From assembly GCA_041389865.1 (NCBI GenBank), contig JAWKRA010000004.1, forward strand, positions 1 through 50,306: a stretch of DNA of 50,306 bases, in the 5' to 3' direction. Origin of the DNA: Nannocystaceae bacterium. GTDB taxonomy: Bacteria > Myxococcota_A > Polyangia > Nannocystales > Nannocystaceae. Below, in pieces: positions 46,284-50,306 of the stretch (the stretch's first letter is position 1; the number at the start of each line of letters is the position of its first letter). The position numbers were made by a program, and so were the translations under genes. The notes beneath the pieces were generated by a model, which saw only the letters and a list, made by a program, of their open reading frames with translations, was not told the DNA's origin and made no database searches.

Positions 46284-46758
46284 GATCGCCTCCGAGCGCA
46301 GGCGATGAGCGCTGCACGAACGCGAGCGCTCCCTCGGGCACGAAATCGACGGGGAGCGCACCGGCGGGGACTTCGGCGACGGCCTGGGCTTGATACCCGC
46401 GCTCGGTCTCGAAGATCAGCAGGGTCCGACTCGCGTTGCGGAAGAACAGCGCGAAGCGGAAGCAGAACCAGCCGTCGCCGGTCTCGGCGTCGAGCAGGTC
46501 GGCCGCTTCGGCGAGGATGTTGCGACGGGGATCGTCGTCGTCCTCGAGCTCGCCGTGGGTGGCGCCATCCCAGGGGATGAGGCACGGGCGACCCTGGACG
46601 TCCTGGACCGCGTAGCAGGCTCCGCGCGCAGTCGTGTAGGTGACGACCGCGCCGTGCCGTCGAAACCCGGGCTCGGCAGGCGGACGTTCGTTGGCCGCCT
46701 CGCCGCTGCGCAGCCACACGAGGTGCGGGCTGCCAGGACCGACGACCGTGGCGGTCAC
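46276..46758 (-). CDS. hypothetical protein (acidic, no TM) at the head of a three-gene minus-strand cassette
   Basis: High-GC3 ORF overlapping the downstream sigma gene by 8 nt. No recognisable motif. Confidence 0.4.
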   Translation of the reverse strand: MTATVVGPGSPHLVWLRSGEAANERPPAEPGFRRHGAVVTYTTARGACYAVQDVQGRPCLIPWDGATHGELEDDDDPRRNILAEAADLLDAETGDGWFCFRFALFFRNASRTLLIFETERGYQAQAVAEVPAGALPVDFVPEGALAFVQRSSPALGGDHG

Positions 46759-47015
46759 GGGCGGGTTCCTCCGGTACGCGAGGGCGCTGTAATGCCGACG
46801 ATCCAGACGGCGGCGCCGAGAACACGCGCTTGGCCTCGTCGAGTGGCGACGCGCTGGCGCGACGCGTCAGCGTAGGTGTTGCAGCCGCGTCGGTGGCGCA
46901 GCCACTCGGCGACGCCCCTTCGAGTCCGATAGTTGTCGGCGTTCGTCACCTCCGGGTGACCGCTCTCGGTAGCGAACACACGGAGCGACGCGTCGTGACG
47001 GTGTGTGGTGACCAT

Positions 47016-47114
47016 ACACAGAGCCTAGCGCAGGTTTCGTATATCATGTATACGTTTAATCATAAATTATCCGAATTGTGGGCGCGTTCGCGCGTCACGG
47101 GGCGCGTTCGCGCG
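47016..47114. promoter_or_regulatory. AT-rich divergent promoter/operator region with a 15-bp direct repeat
   Basis: A ~30% GC stretch (ATATCATGTATACGTTTAATCATAAATTAT) in a 70% GC background. An imperfect palindrome TGTGTGGTGACCATACACA sits at about 47004-47022. GGGCGCGTTCGCGCG occurs twice (47080-47094 and 47100-47114), 20 bp apart. Confidence 0.5.
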
Positions 47115-47360
47115 GGTGATATCCTGCCGCGGGTGACGAGCGATCAGTGTCGCGCCGCACGGTCCTTTCTCCGATGGACGCTCGATGACCTCGCCGAGCG
47201 GGCTGGCGTCTCGCGAACCGCTATCTACTCCTTCGAGGCCAACCGGCGGACGCCGCACAAGGCGACTGTGCAGGCGATACGCCACGCGTTCGAGCAAGCA
47301 GGGGTCGAGTTTTTGGACAACGGCGATGGTCCTGGACTTCGGGTAAAGCGGCGGGGCTGA
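47046..47360 (+). CDS. XRE-family helix-turn-helix transcriptional regulator (the start may be GTG at 47133)
   Basis: HTH LDDLAERAGVSRTAIYSFEANRRTPHKATVQAIRHAF. It diverges from the minus-strand cassette across the AT-rich region. Confidence 0.5.
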   Translation: MYTFNHKLSELWARSRVTGRVRAGDILPRVTSDQCRAARSFLRWTLDDLAERAGVSRTAIYSFEANRRTPHKATVQAIRHAFEQAGVEFLDNGDGPGLRVKRRG

Positions 47361-47399
47361 GGCGCAGATGCTCGGGGGTGCCCCGTCCGGGGTCGGCAA

Positions 47400-49300
47400 T
47401 GCACCGGCCTGACCGCACCTCCGAGCCGTGTCTCGATGACGCACGTTCGCCGACGCGCCAACGGTTCGGCGAGCACTCGGGTCGGCATCGGCGACGCGCA
47501 CCCGACCCGCATCTCCGGCAGTCACCTCGGCGATGCCCACCCCCGTCGGTATGGCGATGCACACGACCGCATCGCCGAGCCCTGCCTCGCCGACTCACGT
47601 TGTCGATCCTCGAGGGCGCGCGCCGAAGGCCCGCATCGACTCAGCGATATATCGCCCGGCGATCGAGGCCGCGCCGAGCTGCTCGGCCGCCGAGCTGTAC
47701 CCTATCAACGCACGTTCGCCGGGCGCTTATGGACACCCGAGTCGTTCGGCGCTCCCGATCGCCTGTTCGGCGATGCCCGGCGACCGCATCGCCGAAACGT
47801 ACGTCGCTGGCGCACGTACGCGGACGCGTCAACGGCTCGGCGAAGCACCGCGTCGGCCCGGTGAAGCACGCCTCCGAGCACATCTCAGCTCCGCACCTCG
47901 GCGATGCCCATGGTCTCGAAGCGCCTCGGCGGTTCGGCGTTGATGCGCCTGCTCGGCGAAGCACACGCCCGACCGCATCGCCGAGCCGCGCCTCGACGAC
48001 GCACGCCGACGCGCCGGTGGTTCCACGAGAACTCGGCTCGGCGAACCACACTACCGAGCGCGTCGCCGAGCCGTACGCCGACGACCCACGTCCGCCGAGG
48101 CGACCTGGCTTGGCGAGAGCTCGGCTCCGAGCTGCCCCCGAGCACGGAACAGCTCGGCGGGACGCAGCATGACACTTCGCCGACTTCAACGGCGCACGTA
48201 CGCCGACGCGCCGGTAGTTCGGCGAGAACTCGGCTCGGTGAAGCACACTCCCGAGCGAATCGCCGAGCCGTACGCCGATGACGCACGTACGCCGAGGTGA
48301 TAGCGGCCCGCTCGGAGATGAGCCCCGACTACAGCGCGGCGAAGCCCAGTCGTCACGAGTCCGACCGCGTTCATGATCGTCCACACGAGCTCGGCGCGAC
48401 GTCACCGAGAGCGAGCACGACGCGGCACCGATCTTCGGCGCGCTCGAGATCGTTACCCAGGGGATCACCGACCGATGGAGCGCGAGCGACCCGGCAGCCC
48501 AGATCTACAACTCGGAAACTCGGCTCCCAAGCTCGGTCGCCCGGTGCTCAAGTTCGGCTCGGTGCCGTAAAACCCGGCTCGGCAACTTGGAAACCGGCTC
48601 CCAAGCTCAGATGCCGAGATACCGCAGCGCCGATCCTCGAGACGGTGGCGCGATGCCGGGCGATGCTCAACGAGCTTGTTCGGCGCGGAGTCGCGTGGTG
48701 GTCATGGTCTCCCGAGCGGCAAGCGCGTAACTCAGGTCGGTCGGAGCTCGGAAGCTCGGAAGCATGGCTCCTTGAACACTCGGCTCGGCAGTTCAACTCG
48801 GCGGCTCGGCTCAACTCGGCGGCTCGGCAGCTCAACTCGGCGGCTCGGCCCTATAGCCCGGCTCGACAACTCGGAAGCTCGGCTCGAGATCTCGCTTTCC
48901 GAGCACAAGCGCGCGACTCGGCGGACGGCACCTCGGAGACCGCTGTGATCTCGGTCGGCGCGGAGCCAAGGCTCGCCAAACGCGGTCGCCCGGTGCTCAA
49001 GTAGAGCTCGGCGCAGAAAACCCGGCTTGGTACCTGGGAGACCTGGCTCCAAGCTCGGATGCCGAGACACCCGCAGCGCTGGGTTCGGCGCGGAGTCGCG
49101 TGGGGGTCTTGGTCTTCCGACGCTCAAGTCGGTCGGAGCTCGGTAGCTCGGACGTTCGCCATTAACGCTCGGCTCGGCAGTTCAACTCGGAAACTCGGCC
49201 CAAAAACTCGGATCGGTGATTCGGCAACTCGGCAACTCGGCTCGGCGACTCGGAAACTCGGCTCGACGACTCGGAAACTCGGCTCGAGGCACCGTCGAGG
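47400..49300. repeat. gene-free region of nested degenerate direct repeats and heptamer microsatellites
   Basis: A ~110-bp unit occurs at about 47997-48105 and again at about 48187-48297, about 85% identical. A ~220-bp unit occurs at 48534-48795 and again at 48981-49185; the second copy carries a deletion. AACTCGG-type heptad arrays lie at 48786-48850 and 49165-49290. Recurring 17-mers include CACCTCGGCGATGCCCA and GACCGCATCGCCGAGCC. ORFs on both strands are Arg/Ser/Pro-rich junk. Confidence 0.65.
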
Positions 49301-49849
49301 AGTTGATTCGCGGCTTCTACCGCGTTGCTAATCAACGTTTTACAGAGGTCACCTGCGTCCTCGAGCGTGAGGACTCGGTCACCGGCACGATCACCAGTGC
49401 CGCCGGGTCCGCCTGGTCGAACAGTTCGGGCGTTGAAGCGCTGGGCGATCTCGGTGAGTCGACCCGGTTGGTACGAACTCGCGCGGTCGCTCGGCGACCC
49501 GAGCGCCGAGCGGACTCGTTGGACGTGTGCCGGTTCGGGGGTCGGGTGACGGTGTTGCCGAGCCGAGTTCCATGGTGACCGGAAGTTGGCAAGCCGAGTT
49601 CTCCGGGCTCTTGGGCTCGGCGCCGACCGAGATCTCAGTGACCTCCGCGATGCCGCCCGCCGATTCTCGCGCGTGTGCTCGGGCGAGGAGTCGGCGCGTG
49701 GTATCGATCGACTGCGGGACCGTCTGGCGACCTCCCTGATCGCCGACGTGCACGCGATTCCGAGATTGAGGCTACGGAGCTTCGGTAAACGAGCGTCAAG
49801 ACACCCCGCATCGCGCTTCTTATCGATGTCGCGCAATGTGTGGGGATGT

Positions 49850-50306
49850 GTCCATCAATATCCCGTTTGAATACATGAGGAGATCTCTTATGGGAGATCT
49901 CTTCATGGGTGGAATCGCTCAATTATTGATGCTCGAAATCGCGCGACACGCAAAATTTAAGGTGTCCGACGGCCGGTTGTCCGAAAGGTCAAGTGGCGAT
50001 TTTGATCGAGCGCAAATTTGCGCAAAAGGCCCAACATAAAATCGGGGTTCTACGGGATCCGAGATGAGCAGATTTGCGCTTCGTTTGCCGCATTCAAATG
50101 CCGGAAAAATGCGCAAATTCGTGAGTCACCAGCACACCGTCGACTGCAAGCGGCGTGATAATTCGAAAGGCCAGCAGCCCGTCGAGACCCGTTTGCATAA
50201 TTCAAAATCGGTAAAATCGCGCAATCTACAAGTCTGTCAATAGAGCGCTCGACGTGGTCGATCGGTCATGTCATTTTGCGGCATTCAAATGCCGCAAACG
50301 TAACAC
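49850..50306. other. lower-GC (~45%) terminal segment dense in palindromes and hairpins
   Basis: GGAGATCTCTT x2 (49879-49889 and 49893-49903). A perfect palindrome GCGCAAATTTGCGC (50010-50023). Hairpin GCGGCATTCAAATGCCGC (50278-50295) with a near copy at about 50088-50104. Several TTTGCGCAAA-like motifs. Confidence 0.5.

Noticed and set aside
47400-49300. CRISPR array
   Set aside because: The repeats are degenerate, of mixed lengths and nested, with no uniform repeat-spacer periodicity and no cas genes.
47378-49836. Repetitive ORFs in the terminal repeat block, including peptide repeats such as SRRVELP and LGNSARR
   Set aside because: The peptide periodicity simply mirrors the DNA heptamer and 21-mer repeats on both strands. 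Composition is Arg/Ser-rich with no signal peptide or domain, more consistent with non-coding repeats.

Overview
The window is about 70% GC with strong GC3 codon bias. It is probably a myxobacterial (Myxococcota-like) chromosome region, judged from abundant lipoproteins, a eukaryotic-type Ser/Thr kinase and CorE-like ECF sigma factors. This taxonomic call is an inference.

Content from start to end:
- A partial thiolase gene running off the window start, a tRNA-Met(CAU), then housekeeping genes (lgt, dksA, a TetR regulator).
- A sulfotransferase and an unusual N-acyltransferase fused to a cNMP-binding domain, which converge on a 68-bp duplicated extragenic element.
- A truncated Ser/Thr kinase flanked by gene-poor, lower-GC scar sequence.
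- Metal-resistance island part 1: a CorE-like ECF sigma factor with a Cys-rich C-terminus, a CusC-CusB-CusA-type RND efflux operon and a translationally coupled 2-TM K+ channel.
- A complete N-type (Na+-type) F-ATPase operon, atpD-C-Q-R-B-E-F-A-G, with no delta subunit.
- A sigma54-type promoter in front of a DUF2933/CzcN-like methyltransferase pair.
- Metal-resistance island part 2: a Tat-exported multicopper oxidase, a His-rich lipoprotein, a TolC-like outer-membrane protein, a copper P1B-ATPase with a three-part N-terminal metal-binding region, a second CorE-like sigma factor, a second multicopper oxidase and two lipoproteins (FN3 and cytochrome c).
- A small minus-strand cassette with a third ECF-like sigma factor, diverging from an XRE-type HTH regulator across an AT-rich operator.
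- About 2.5 kb of gene-free nested direct and tandem repeats, ending in a lower-GC segment full of palindromes.

All calls come from reading the translations and sequence by eye. No database searches were run, so family assignments rest on recognised motifs and start codons are approximate.
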